Assembly (NCBI GenBank): GCA_965219995.1 | Contig: CBDCOX010000002.1 | Span: forward strand, 3,168,001-3,232,000 | DNA: 64,000 nucleotides | DNA from: Candidatus Latescibacterota bacterium | GTDB taxonomy: Bacteria > Latescibacterota > UBA2968 > GCA-2709665 | Direction of reading: 5' to 3' | Shown: one piece after another, positions 38,408-48,400 of the stretch | Layout: every line of letters begins with the position of its first letter | How positions within the stretch are numbered: position 1 is the first letter of the stretch | The notes under the pieces: model-generated | What the model saw: the letters and a program-made list of their open reading frames with translations, nothing else | Databases searched by the model: none | Told to the model about the DNA's origin: nothing | Translations under genes and position numbers: made by a program

Positions 38408-38842
38408 ATGACACTCACCAGGTGGCAACCCAGGCGGCGCTTTGGCTTCGTGCCCGAGATCGACCGGTTCTTCGACAGCTTCTGGAGAGGCCCGCAGCAC
38501 GATTTTCCGGCGCTGTCCACGTGGAGCCCGGCAACGGACGTGCAGGAGACCGATACGGACCTGCTGGTCCACGTTGAGCTTCCCGGCCTGTCCAAGAAGG
38601 ACATCAAGGTCAATATGGACAACGGCGTGCTGTCGGTCCAGGGCGAGAAACAGCACGCGGCCGACGAGAAGGAGAACCGGTACCACGTGTCCGAGCGGAC
38701 CTACGGCCGCTTTGCCCGGTCGTTCACGCTTCCGTCCGAGGTGGACGGGGAGAAGATCAAGGCCGGATTCGAGAACGGCGTGCTCACGCTGACGCTGCCG
38801 AAGGTGAAGGCGGCTACGCCGAAGGCGATCGAAATCGCGTGA
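38408..38842 (+). CDS. Small heat shock protein, Hsp20/alpha-crystallin family
   Basis: PATDVQET, ELPG, L.VQGEK, ERTYGRFARSFTLP, AGFENGVLTLTLPK, C-terminal IEI. RBS aaggagg. Confidence 0.96.
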   Translation: MTLTRWQPRRRFGFVPEIDRFFDSFWRGPQHDFPALSTWSPATDVQETDTDLLVHVELPGLSKKDIKVNMDNGVLSVQGEKQHAADEKENRYHVSERTYGRFARSFTLPSEVDGEKIKAGFENGVLTLTLPKVKAATPKAIEIA

Positions 38843-38859
38843 CGCACAAAGCCACGATG

Positions 38860-38910
38860 TCCCCATAAAAAGAGACCGGCGGAAGACCCGCCGGTCTCTT
38901 TTCATGGGGA
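38860..38910. terminator. Bidirectional rho-independent terminator
   Basis: aaaagagaccggcgg-aagac-ccgccggtctctttt, extended by tccccat/atgggga. Confidence 0.9.
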
Positions 38911-38917
38911 ACCATCA

Positions 38918-39715
38918 TCTAAAGACGGGGAGACGGGAGAGGTGAGACGGGAGACGATAACCCGCGTCCTTAGGACGATGCTACGGCCTTGCGAAATTTA
39001 CCGGCGATCCGCGCGCAGACCTCTCCCCCCAACCCCCCCTCCCGGGGGGAGAGGGGGAGCAATTCAGGATACCGCGAGGGGATCACAGTTCCCCCCTTCC
39101 CCCCGGGAAGGGGGATAGGGGGTAGGTCGGTGGAGGCGGTGAGAGGGTAGACGTGAGACGGGAGACGTGAGATATTATGTGCCCCGTGTGGTTTCACATC
39201 TTGCCAGAGGCATTGAGTAAGAACCAATGGGGCAAGGATGTCATCTACCGTCTACCGTCTCACTTCTCACCGAATTTACGCAGACCTCTCCCCCCAACCC
39301 GCTCTCCCGGGGGGAGAGGGGGAGAAAGACAGGACACCGCGAGGGGATCACAGTTCCCCCCTTCCCCCCGGGAAGGGGGATAGGGGGTAGGTCGGTGGAG
39401 GCGGTGAGAGGGTAGACGTGAGACGGGAGATGATATCAGTGCCTTGTGGTATTTCTTGTTGTTACGATAACGGTAGAGAAACAGGCACGGTTAGCGCGAA
39501 AACACTGTGGTGACGTTATCGTCTACCGTCTACCGTCTAACGACTCACCGAGTTTACGCAGACCTCTCCCCCCGGCCCCTCAAAAGCGGTGAGAGGGGAG
39601 ACGTTAGACGTGAGATGATGTCAGTGCCTTTTTGGTATCATCTCTCGCCGCAGGAATAAAGGAAGAACCAATCGGGCGAGGATATCATCTACCGTCTCCC
39701 GTCTAACGACTCACC
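38918..39715. mobile_element. Largest family A cluster (cores Z, X, Y, X-variant; duplicated W module)
   Basis: About 800 bp of serial arm-core-arm units, with a ~150-bp direct duplication at 39014-39165 and 39279-39430. Confidence 0.85.
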
Positions 39716-40064
39716 TGGGCGGGGGGGCGGGGGCGTCGGTCTCAAGGTCCAGCGCGATGGCGAGCGCGTTGTCAAGCGCACGGACCTTATTGGGAGACAG
39801 GGTGCCGATGAAGTGGATCAGCGCGGACTTGAGAATGCTGACCAGTTGGTCGCAGAAGATGCTGCTGTTGTGCTTGAGACCTTCGTCCACCCCCACGGGG
39901 ACCTGGGTGGAAAGCCCGTCAAAGGAAGAAAAGACCGGAGCACAGATAGCGGTCGAGAACTTCGAATCAATGAGCGCCGGGCGGCTGACGATGACAAATA
40001 CCCGGTAGTCACGGGGGTCCTCGCGCGACCCCTTATAGACCCGATAGAGTTCGCCGCGTGTCAC
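39711..40064 (-). CDS. mazF: Type II toxin, PemK/MazF family
   Basis: [39 protein letters not shown]...[11 protein letters not shown]. Confidence 0.88.
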   Translation of the reverse strand: MTRGELYRVYKGSREDPRDYRVFVIVSRPALIDSKFSTAICAPVFSSFDGLSTQVPVGVDEGLKHNSSIFCDQLVSILKSALIHFIGTLSPNKVRALDNALAIALDLETDAPAPPPR

Positions 40065-40324
40065 AGGCCGACCTGCAAGGCAAGCACGTCATTCGCTTCA
40101 TCGTTGAATTGCGACGCCTTCCGATCGAGGATTTCCGCATCCCGGGAATCCCGGACCCCTCTTCTCACTAGAGCGACATATTGCTTCAGCGCGGCCTCCA
40201 GGAAGGCCGATCGGTTTTTCGGCGTATCGGGCGCCTTCAACAGGCTGTCCATCTCCCGGACCAGCCCTTCGGACAGGGTAATTGAAGTTTTAATTTTCAA
40301 TGGGGCCTCCGTCACGAAATGCAA
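40061..40324 (-). CDS. Ribbon-helix-helix antitoxin (start uncertain)
   Basis: [17 protein letters not shown]...[13 protein letters not shown]; overlaps the toxin start by 4 nt. Confidence 0.82.
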   Translation of the reverse strand: MHFVTEAPLKIKTSITLSEGLVREMDSLLKAPDTPKNRSAFLEAALKQYVALVRRGVRDSRDAEILDRKASQFNDEANDVLALQVGL

Positions 40325-40347
40325 TAGGTAGTATAATTATCTTACTT

Positions 40348-40376
40348 AAAGTAGTATAAATGGAGATGTTTGTCAA
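40348..40376 (-). promoter_or_regulatory. TA operon promoter with overlapping near-palindrome
   Basis: Minus strand TTGACA-N17-TACTTT; near-palindrome tacttaaagta (40343-40353) overlaps the -10. Confidence 0.55.
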
Positions 40377-40400
40377 TGAAACCAGCTATCAGCGGTCAGC

Positions 40401-40634
40401 TAAAGGCGGGGAGACGTTAGAGGTAAGACGGGAGAGATTGTCCGCCGCGTCCGGTTTCGCTTTTTGCCGCAGGCATAAAGGAAAAACCAAACGGGCAAAG
40501 ACGTCATCTACCGTCTTGCGTCTCACCGGTTTTATTGCCCCGTGTGGTTTCATATCTTGCCAGAGGCATAAGGGAGAAACCAATCGGGCAAGGACGTCGT
40601 CTACCGTCTAACGTCTACCCTCTCCCCGCCTTTA
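40401..40634. mobile_element. Complete 234-bp family A element with perfect 14-bp terminal inverted repeats
   Basis: TAAAGGCGGGGAGA (40401-40414) ... TCTCCCCGCCTTTA (40621-40634), with two cores inside. Confidence 0.85.
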
Positions 40635-41599
40635 ACCATCGGTCCCATCGCCCGGATGTGCTCCGGGCCGGTCGCGCAGCAGCCGCCGATGATCCGCGCG
40701 CCCGCGTCCTTCCACTCGCCGGCGTACGCGGCAAGCCGATCGGGTGTGTTGTCGCCCCACTGCAGGACTTCGGCCGTCTCATCCGGCGATTCCGAGTCTT
40801 CCGCGGATTCCAGGGGCGCGAGCGGACGATACCCGATATTCGGATACGCGCCCACGCAGCCGTCGAAGGCCTCCCTGAGGAGCGGAAGTCCGGCCGAAAC
40901 CTCTTCCGGCGCCGTGCACATAATCAGGACCCCGGTGACACCGCGGCCCGCCAGCGCCTCGGCGAGGTCCTCGAGGCGTTCCCCGTATTGCATGGTCCCG
41001 TCTTCCCGGATATGCCGGATGCCCAGAAACACCGGCAGGCCTGTCCAGGCGCAAGCGTCCGCGGCCCCCACGCAGTCAGCGATATGCCCGATGTACTCCA
41101 CCCAGATCGCGTCTACGCCGACATCAGCCAGCAGCCTGGCATGGTCGCCGATCTCCTTCCGGTACGCCTCGACACCCATGATGTCCACGTCGGGCGGGGT
41201 TCCCTCGGCGCGCCGCTGAAGACACGGCGCCGCGATTCCGCCGGCGACAAACGCATCCGGCTTGACCGCGTCGCGCGCGGCGATCGCGTTCTCCCCTGCC
41301 GCGCGGGCGTATGCCTGCCACCGGTCCCCCAGTCCGATGGGCGTCATTCGTGCAGGACTCGTCCAGAAGTTGTTGCTGATGATGATGTCGGCGCCGGCAC
41401 GGAGGTAGTCCGCGTGGACCTCCCTGACCGCCTCCGGCGCGTCGATATTGGCGGTGGCGGACCAGGCCTGGAGCCCACCCTCGGCCGTGGCGCCTTGCAA
41501 CACGTCGACGCCTCGCCGTTGCAACTCGGACCCTGTCCCGCCATCCAGGAGAAGCGTCTCCCCGCTCTCGATCCGATCCGCAAAATGCTTTGAAGACAT
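40601..41599 (-). CDS. Homocysteine S-methyltransferase family protein
   Basis: LLLDGGTGSEL, VHADYLRAGADII, Zn ligands IMC and IIGGCC..GPEHI, GAYPN. Confidence 0.92.
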   Translation of the reverse strand: MSSKHFADRIESGETLLLDGGTGSELQRRGVDVLQGATAEGGLQAWSATANIDAPEAVREVHADYLRAGADIIISNNFWTSPARMTPIGLGDRWQAYARAAGENAIAARDAVKPDAFVAGGIAAPCLQRRAEGTPPDVDIMGVEAYRKEIGDHARLLADVGVDAIWVEYIGHIADCVGAADACAWTGLPVFLGIRHIREDGTMQYGERLEDLAEALAGRGVTGVLIMCTAPEEVSAGLPLLREAFDGCVGAYPNIGYRPLAPLESAEDSESPDETAEVLQWGDNTPDRLAAYAGEWKDAGARIIGGCCATGPEHIRAMGPMVKGGERVDVRR

Positions 41600-41631
41600 C
41601 CTTTTCTCCTTTATTCAAATCAGCAAGCAGC

Positions 41632-41925
41632 TAAAGGCGGGTAGACGTGAGACGTGAGACGGGAGATGACATGAGTGCCCTACGGTTTTTCTCGTCGTTA
41701 CCATAGTCGGTAAAGAAACAGGCACGGTTAGCGTGAAAACACTGTGGTAACGTGATCATCTACCGTCTACCCTCTTACGTCTCACCGAATTTACGCAGAC
41801 CTCTCCCCCCGGCCCCCTCTCCCGGCGGGAGAGGGGGTGAGAACCAGGACACCGCGAGCGGATCACAATTCCCCCCTTCCCCCCGGGAAGGGGGAAAGGG
41901 GGTAGGTCGGCGGGGAGAGGGGTAC
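41632..41925. mobile_element. Family A element (core Y) plus W module
   Basis: Starts taaaggcgggtagacg within a cagcta heptamer; core Y ~41675-41755. Confidence 0.82.
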
Positions 41926-41926
41926 G

Positions 41927-43186
41927 TCACGATGATCGTAATTCGGAATCCGGCAGCGTGAACCTGATTCGATCGAACCGCCGGGCCATGGCCGTCGCGC
42001 GGTCCCGGGCGCCGTCCGGATCCCGTTCGCTGAGCACGTCCAGAATACAGCCGGCGATTTCGGGGGCGTCTGCCTCCGTCATGCCGTATCGGGTCACTTC
42101 CTGCACGCCGATGCGCAGACCGTGCCTTCCCAGGCCCTCCGGCGCGCCGGAAGCATTGACGAGAATATGGCACGCTTCCAGCTTCCTGACCAGCGGCCCG
42201 CTTTCGCCGAACGCATCCACAACCGGAATCACCGTGTGCGATTCCGTATAGCCCCGGTGGGCGCCCACCACCGGCACGCCCTGTTCGTGGAAGGCACGGC
42301 CCAGCGCTTTGGCATTGCCGACGATCGCCTCCGCATGCGCCTCCCCGCACGCCATCCACTCCAGGAACGTCCCCGCGAGGGACGGCAGTCGGCTCAGGTG
42401 ATGGTTGGCGATCATCAGCGGGGATATGGCTTTCGCGATCCGCTCGGCGACGTCGCGGTCGTTGGTCAGGACCATCCCCCCCTGCGGCCCGGCCAGCGTT
42501 TTGTGCGTGCTCGTCACAATAACGTCCGCGCCTTCCGCCAGGGGAGACTGAAACCGCCCGCCCGCAATCAGACCCATCACGTGGGCCGCGTCGTAAACGA
42601 GGAACGAACCGGGACAATAGCGGTCCATCGCCTCCCTCAGCTCCCGGACGGGCTGCGGAAAGAGGAACCGGGCCGATCCGATGCTCACAAGCGCGGGACG
42701 GTGCTCGCGGATCAGCGAAACCGTGCGGTCCAGGTCGATATTGGAATTCAACCCGTCCCACGGGATCGGAATCGACTTCAGGTCCACCTTCAAGCCGGAG
42801 TTTTCCAGCTTCGCGGCATACATGTGCCCGTTGTGCACCTCGAGCACGGTTTCTCCCGGACGGGCAAGCGCGAACATGGCGATCAGACCGGCGATATTTC
42901 CGGAAAGGGGTCGCAGGTCCGCGTACGCCGCTCCGAAGAGCTGTTTCGCCAGGTCCTGGGCCAGCTCCTCGATCTGCGTCAGGAACGCATTCCCCGGGTA
43001 CCCCCGGTTTCGCAGATCGATCCCGGTATACGAGCCGTACCTGTGGTCCAGATCGTTCACGATCAGCCGCTCCACCAGGGGGCTCGGCCGGGTCTCCGAC
43101 GCAATCAGGTTCAGACATCGTTCCCGAAACGTCGTATGCGCTTCGACCAGGGCGTCGATTTCCCGGACCTTGCGGGCGAAATCCAT
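41927..43186 (-). CDS. Serine hydroxymethyltransferase-like PLP enzyme (divergent)
   Basis: LNLIASE, PLSGNIA, YDAAHVMGLIAGG, STHKTLAGPQGG, GLRIGVQEVTRYGM. Confidence 0.85.
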   Translation of the reverse strand: MDFARKVREIDALVEAHTTFRERCLNLIASETRPSPLVERLIVNDLDHRYGSYTGIDLRNRGYPGNAFLTQIEELAQDLAKQLFGAAYADLRPLSGNIAGLIAMFALARPGETVLEVHNGHMYAAKLENSGLKVDLKSIPIPWDGLNSNIDLDRTVSLIREHRPALVSIGSARFLFPQPVRELREAMDRYCPGSFLVYDAAHVMGLIAGGRFQSPLAEGADVIVTSTHKTLAGPQGGMVLTNDRDVAERIAKAISPLMIANHHLSRLPSLAGTFLEWMACGEAHAEAIVGNAKALGRAFHEQGVPVVGAHRGYTESHTVIPVVDAFGESGPLVRKLEACHILVNASGAPEGLGRHGLRIGVQEVTRYGMTEADAPEIAGCILDVLSERDPDGARDRATAMARRFDRIRFTLPDSELRSS

Positions 43187-43210
43187 AGGAATTTCCCTTC
43201 AGTGTTCCGT

Positions 43211-43365
43211 TAACCTGGATAGCTTTTAAACATGAACTTACATGGATGGACAGGATGAACAGGATAAAATCCCAATGCCAGAAAAAAAACCCGCATCTTT
43301 CCGCGCTATCGCAGTGAACCCGTCACCCGCAGGCGGCGCCCCAACACCCCGACCGACCCGATCCG
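43211..43365. repeat. Family C element, second copy
   Basis: Homologous to 5251-5450. Confidence 0.78.
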
Positions 43366-43454
43366 ACAACATTACCGATTGGTGTTGTCTTCGACGTGAA
43401 TGGCATTGAAAAGCGATCACCTGTTCAATGGTTGCATCCGCTTTTGTGAGTAAT

Positions 43455-44501
43455 TCACGTTATCGCATGGATCAGGTCGACCTCGTCATATAGCAACGCC
43501 CGCGCGAAAGCGCCCTGTCCCAGATAGTCGGGCGCATTCCACGCTCCGGGCGCGCAGTAACAGGCCGTCACCAGCCGCTCTCCCAGCCTCACGGTCGAAG
43601 GATACCCCAGGTCGCTGTCGCCCAGATCGTCACATACGATCATCGGACCGCTCCAGCGCCGCCCCCCGTCTTTGCTCACCCGTGCCTGCACGCCGAAAGG
43701 GTCGTGGCGCACGCCGTAGACCATCAGGATCCAGTCGTTGGACAGCAGCGTGAGGTCGGCCGGGTGTTCCCGTCCGCCTGTCACCTCCAGCGGAGCGTCC
43801 CATGTGTCTCCTCCGTCCGTGGATCGGCACACCGAAATCAGGCCCCCCTCGTGGACCGAACGCATTGCGGCAACCAGAACGCCGTCGCCGGTCGAAAGCA
43901 GCGCCGTTTCATTGTATCCATCGGCGATAAGCGATGGGCGGTCCCACGTCCTGCCGTTGTCGTCGGAACGCAGAATATACGCGCAATCGCCCGCGTCATC
44001 TCCGGAAGGGCTATCGGAGCCGTAAAGGGGCAGCAGCATCGTACCGCCCGGCAGGGCGACGTTCCTCCCGAACGGGGAGTGCTTCTCCATCCCCGGGAAG
44101 TCGAGGGGTTCGGATTTCTGCCAGGTTCTTCCTCCGTCGCGGGAGCGGGTCTGGCGCATCTGGACCCGGCGCAATTGCGGCATCCAGCTTCCGTCTTCAC
44201 CATAGGACCCCTGTACGTGGTACGCCAGCACGACCGTACCGTCGGGCGCCACCCCCACCGCCGGATTCCGGTCGTCCGCACCGGAGTCGACGATCACGAC
44301 CGGCGCCTCCCACGTCCGCCCGCCGTCCACCGAGCGAATCGCTTCCAGGCGGCCGGTAACGCCCACGTGACCCGCGCCTGCGCGCACCACGGCCAGGATT
44401 TCGTCGCCCCCGACGCTGGTGAGTACCGGAAAGTAGCCCCGGTCCCGGCAGATGATCACCTCGGATGCCGAAGGAAACCTGCGAAAATCAATCCTGTTCA
44501 T
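43455..44501 (-). CDS. BNR/Asp-box sialidase-like protein
   Basis: Five Asp-boxes (SVDGGRTW, SRDGGRTW, SDDNGRTW, STDGGDTW, SKDGGRRW), YFP, DDRNP, DLGYPS. RBS ggagg. Confidence 0.88.
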   Translation of the reverse strand: MNRIDFRRFPSASEVIICRDRGYFPVLTSVGGDEILAVVRAGAGHVGVTGRLEAIRSVDGGRTWEAPVVIVDSGADDRNPAVGVAPDGTVVLAYHVQGSYGEDGSWMPQLRRVQMRQTRSRDGGRTWQKSEPLDFPGMEKHSPFGRNVALPGGTMLLPLYGSDSPSGDDAGDCAYILRSDDNGRTWDRPSLIADGYNETALLSTGDGVLVAAMRSVHEGGLISVCRSTDGGDTWDAPLEVTGGREHPADLTLLSNDWILMVYGVRHDPFGVQARVSKDGGRRWSGPMIVCDDLGDSDLGYPSTVRLGERLVTACYCAPGAWNAPDYLGQGAFARALLYDEVDLIHAIT

Positions 44502-44694
44502 GGCGAAACCTCCAAAGGCGGTGAGACGGGAGATGATGATGAGAACGAAAATCATCTCACACGGAGACACAAAGACACGAAGAAAACCAAAGGGTAAGGA
44601 CAACTTTCAGCGGTCAGTGATCAGCGGTCAGCTTGAATCAAAAAGCGAGAATCAAGTTCAAAACCCCTTTTCCCCAAATTCCCTGCCTCCGGCG

Positions 44695-45340
44695 GGTTCC
44701 TTTTGAAGCGACCAAAAGGAACCAAAAGTCGCCACTGGGCGTGGGGCCTGCCACAGGCACAGCGCGAACACACTCACAGGATGCACAGGATCCGCTGCCC
44801 TGACACCCTCGGAGGAATATCGGTCCCCGCCGCTGGACGGAACCGCGCGCTCTGCTCTGGTAGTCCTCCTGTCAGGAAGTACCTTTGTAGACCGATTGGC
44901 GTCTGGATGATGAGGGCAGCTTTTGGCAGTCAGCTCTCAGCAATCAGCTTGAATCAAAAGCGCCCTCACCCCCCCCGACCCCCTCTCCCAAGGGGAGAGG
45001 GGGAGCAGAGAGAAATGTCTTCACGCGATCACACTTCCCCCTTCCTTCGGGAAGGGGAAAGGCAGTAGGTTGGTGGGGGTGTTGGGGGGTCTGTAAACGC
45101 TCCAGCGCGCAGGAACATCGCCGTACGGTTCTTTGTAAGTTCCTATCATGCGAACGGTGGTGGTGTGGAGGGTTTTTCCGTGCTAATCCGTCCGGCAACA
45201 TGGTTTGGGATGGGCGAGTCCGGTGACAGGGCACCCAAATTCCAATTGCGCCACTGAGGTGGTTCACGGAAAAACCGGCCCCGCGCCGAGCGGCGCCGTT
45301 CTTTTTGGTCCTTTTTCTTGGGCGTACAAGAAAAAGGACT
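44695..45340. other. Structured non-coding element with hairpin-bearing inverted ends
   Basis: Perfect stems at 44695-44723 (11 bp) and 45308-45339 (13 bp), and a 12-bp internal IR at 45171-45182/45265-45276. A heptamer+W module is nested at ~44925-45070. Confidence 0.55.
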
Positions 45341-45437
45341 TAAGTAAAATAGAAATAATAATTTGAGACCGAAAAAAAGACCTCGCAGGCCCCGAGCGAA
45401 AAATCTCGTCGGCGTTATCCGCATGTTTATGGTGATA

Positions 45438-48400
45438 TCAAAGGTTCCAGACATCAGCTATCCGCCAGGTGTCCCCCGGTGCGACGTCGTAGATGTAGAA
45501 GGGTTTTCCCGAAAAGGCCTCCGCGTGGCCGGGATCGGCGAGCGTGAGCTTTCCCTTCTCGGCGGCCTTCAATCGGGTTCCGGTCTGTCCCGGCGTACGC
45601 GAGATCGTCTTTCCGTCGAACAGGTCCCGCACGACCTCGAGCTTCAGCATGGGCGTATCCGTCAGCAACGTTGCGCCGTCCACCCCGGTGATACTCCCCT
45701 CGCTCAGCAGAAAGTCCATCCTGTCCAGGGAGATCCGGTACCGGCCCTCGCCAGCTTGCACTATGTCCGTGACCTCGTATGACGAATTGCAGATGTAGTC
45801 CGGATGCGAGAGCACGATTGTCCGCTCCGTCAATGAACCGTCCACCGGCAGGGGGACGCGGGACGAGACGACGATCCGGCGGTCCTCGATCTCCACGGCA
45901 TCCACCTCCCCCGCCCATTCTCCCGCACCCTCCATCCCGACGTCTCCGAACCGGAACGCCTTTCCATTCACCACCTGCGCCCGCGTGATGGAATCGCCAT
46001 CCCGCTCCACAAACGCCCAGTCGCCCTCGAATCGAAACGGCAGGCCGTCCGCCTCGCCTGCCGCCACGCCACCCGTTCCGTGTACGATATAGTGGACCCG
46101 TTCGCCGATCGCCACCCTCAAGCCCACGTCCCTGCCGCCGGCACGAAGCGCCGACATGCCGTCAATATACGGCGTTCCGCAATACGGCTCGAGTACGCCC
46201 GTGAACCGGTTCTCCCTCCCTTCCCCGCCCGGTCGCCTTACGATCACGTGCCGGTCCCACGGACTGTGGCCCTGCAGTCCCGTCCCTTCTGCGAGCCCGG
46301 TAATGACCGTCGAGCCCGCCTCACCCGTCATGTGGAGCCGGATGCCGGCGCCGCTTTCTTCCGTTCGCCAGGTCGCCCTGAACCCGCCATCCGTCCGGGA
46401 CCTCGCCACGTCCTTCACGAACCCGTACCCGGGCGCCTCGCCGAACGGGACGTCCGCCCCTGCCAGCGTCCCGTCCGCCTGCGCGATCGGAGCCGCGCCG
46501 TCCTCCAGGGCGATCTCGAACCGTTCCGCGTTGTCTCCCGCCCAGCTGTGGAAGGTGTAATCGTGCTCCGCGCCACCCGCAATCCGGAACAGATCGACCA
46601 TATATGCCCGCTCTTCGTCCACCGGAATGAGCGCCACCGCCCTGCGGTACAGGTCCGCGAGACCGGGATAGGCCCGCTCGGCCGAGGCATCCGCCACGCG
46701 CACCCACGGTCCGTCCGCGAACAGATTCAGGCTGCCCGTTGCGAACGCCTGGTTCCGGCCGTCGATCAGCGCGGTGCAGTGGCTGGCCGTATGGGTTTCC
46801 CATCCGTCCTTCTTCGGCGCCACCCAGCTCGGCGGATATCCCAGGTCGGCGGACAGATCGTACCCGTACGCGATCAGATTCACCGCCAGTTTGTCCATAT
46901 GCCCGTGACCCCGGTTTCCCTTCCCGTAGTTCAGGACCACGTGCCGGCGGCTGGATTGTTCATCGCCCGCGCGCAGGATGCAGAATCCCGAGTCGTGCAG
47001 CACGTCGCTCCCGGGCGACAGATCTTCCGGCGCCCGGGCTTCGCTCCACGGTTCGCAATGGAACAACGTGTAGAGGTCGCCGCCCCTGCGCGCTGCGTCC
47101 GGATCTCCGCCGGTGCCCGAGAGGATTCGCCGGGCATAATGGTCGCGCGCCTCGGGCAGACGCAGGTAGCCGATCTCGTCCTCCAGCGAATAGGGCGTCC
47201 GCAACACGCTGCTCCTGCCCCCGCCCGTATCCCCGATCAGGGGGACGCGCCCGTCGCAGTCCACCGCGCGGGCGAAGTCCATCATCTCCCGCAGCCGGAA
47301 CCCGGGATCCCGATACAGGTCTACCGGCGGCGCAGCGTGCTCTCCGTCCTGAAATCCGAGGGTCCATTCGGCGGCATTCAGCGCCCCCCGTATGTTGCCC
47401 GCGCCGTAGCCGATCGAGTCGTACCAGAATTTCCCGTCCCGGAAAAAACTGTTGGACATCACGTTGTAGAGGCCCGTCGGCGCTTCCAGGGCCTGTCTGA
47501 TCATCGCGCCGTTCTGCAGGCAGGCCCCAACCTCGAGTAACGCGTAGAGCGACGACGTCAGGAAATCGCCGCCGGCGAGGGGCAGCGTGCGGTCCAGGAA
47601 TTCATAGGCGTACGCGAACAGGTTCCGGTGGATATTAAATATGATATCTCCTGTTGTCGCCGGTCCGTCCGCGCCGTCGCGCGTCCGGAAGAGTCCGACG
47701 AGTTCCTCATCCTCGCGAATCGCGTCGAAGACCAGATCGTACGTCACCGCCACGTTATGCAGGAAGGACTGCTCGCGCCCCGACGCCTCGCCCACGTACC
47801 CGCGGATCGGGTCCTTGCTCCGGTCGTAGGCCTCGTATCCCTCCTTGATGCCCCGCAACCTCCCGTACACGTCGGCCAGACGGTTCAACAGGATTCCGGC
47901 CTTGTGCGAATACTTCCGTTCGCCCGTAAATGCGTATGCCAGCGCCAGCGCCTGCGAGGCCGGCCGCCCCTGGTGCCCGTCCCCGGTCTGCGGGGCATAG
48001 GGACTGGAAAACAGGCGGTAGAGCAGATAGCACCGGTACGCCCCGGTGAAATAGTACGTGACGCCGGCGTTCGGAAACCCTTCGGGGGCCACCCACCCCG
48101 GCCCGTCATCCACCATCCGGACCGTCTCGCCCGTGCCCGGATTGACGATCTCGATGCCCTTGTACCACCACTCGTCCCCCAGATTGCACCGCCACTGGTA
48201 TGGATGCAGAAGATCCGCCTCGAACGTGGACCGGTTGCCGCCGTGAATCGGACACCCGTCGTACTGGGCCACGGTCAGCGCCATCGGATTCTGCGTGGGC
48301 GCCATCGCATAGAGCGTCTCATCCGAGAATCCCGCCCAGAAGTCGGCGTCCCTCAAGACCTCGTCCACCATATCCCGCGCCCAATCCAGTCGATCCGCGT

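Noticed and set aside
38970-39415. Small ORFs in repeat clusters with recurring peptides (CLWQDVKPHGAH, RQTGMSAPP, HLPSTVYRL)
   Set aside because: They are translations of the repeats in varying frames and strands, with no consistent start, stop or RBS.
38918-39715. CRISPR array interpretation of the serial repeats
   Set aside because: Units are degenerate, inverted and irregularly spaced; the intervening cores recur elsewhere rather than being unique spacers; no cas genes in the window.
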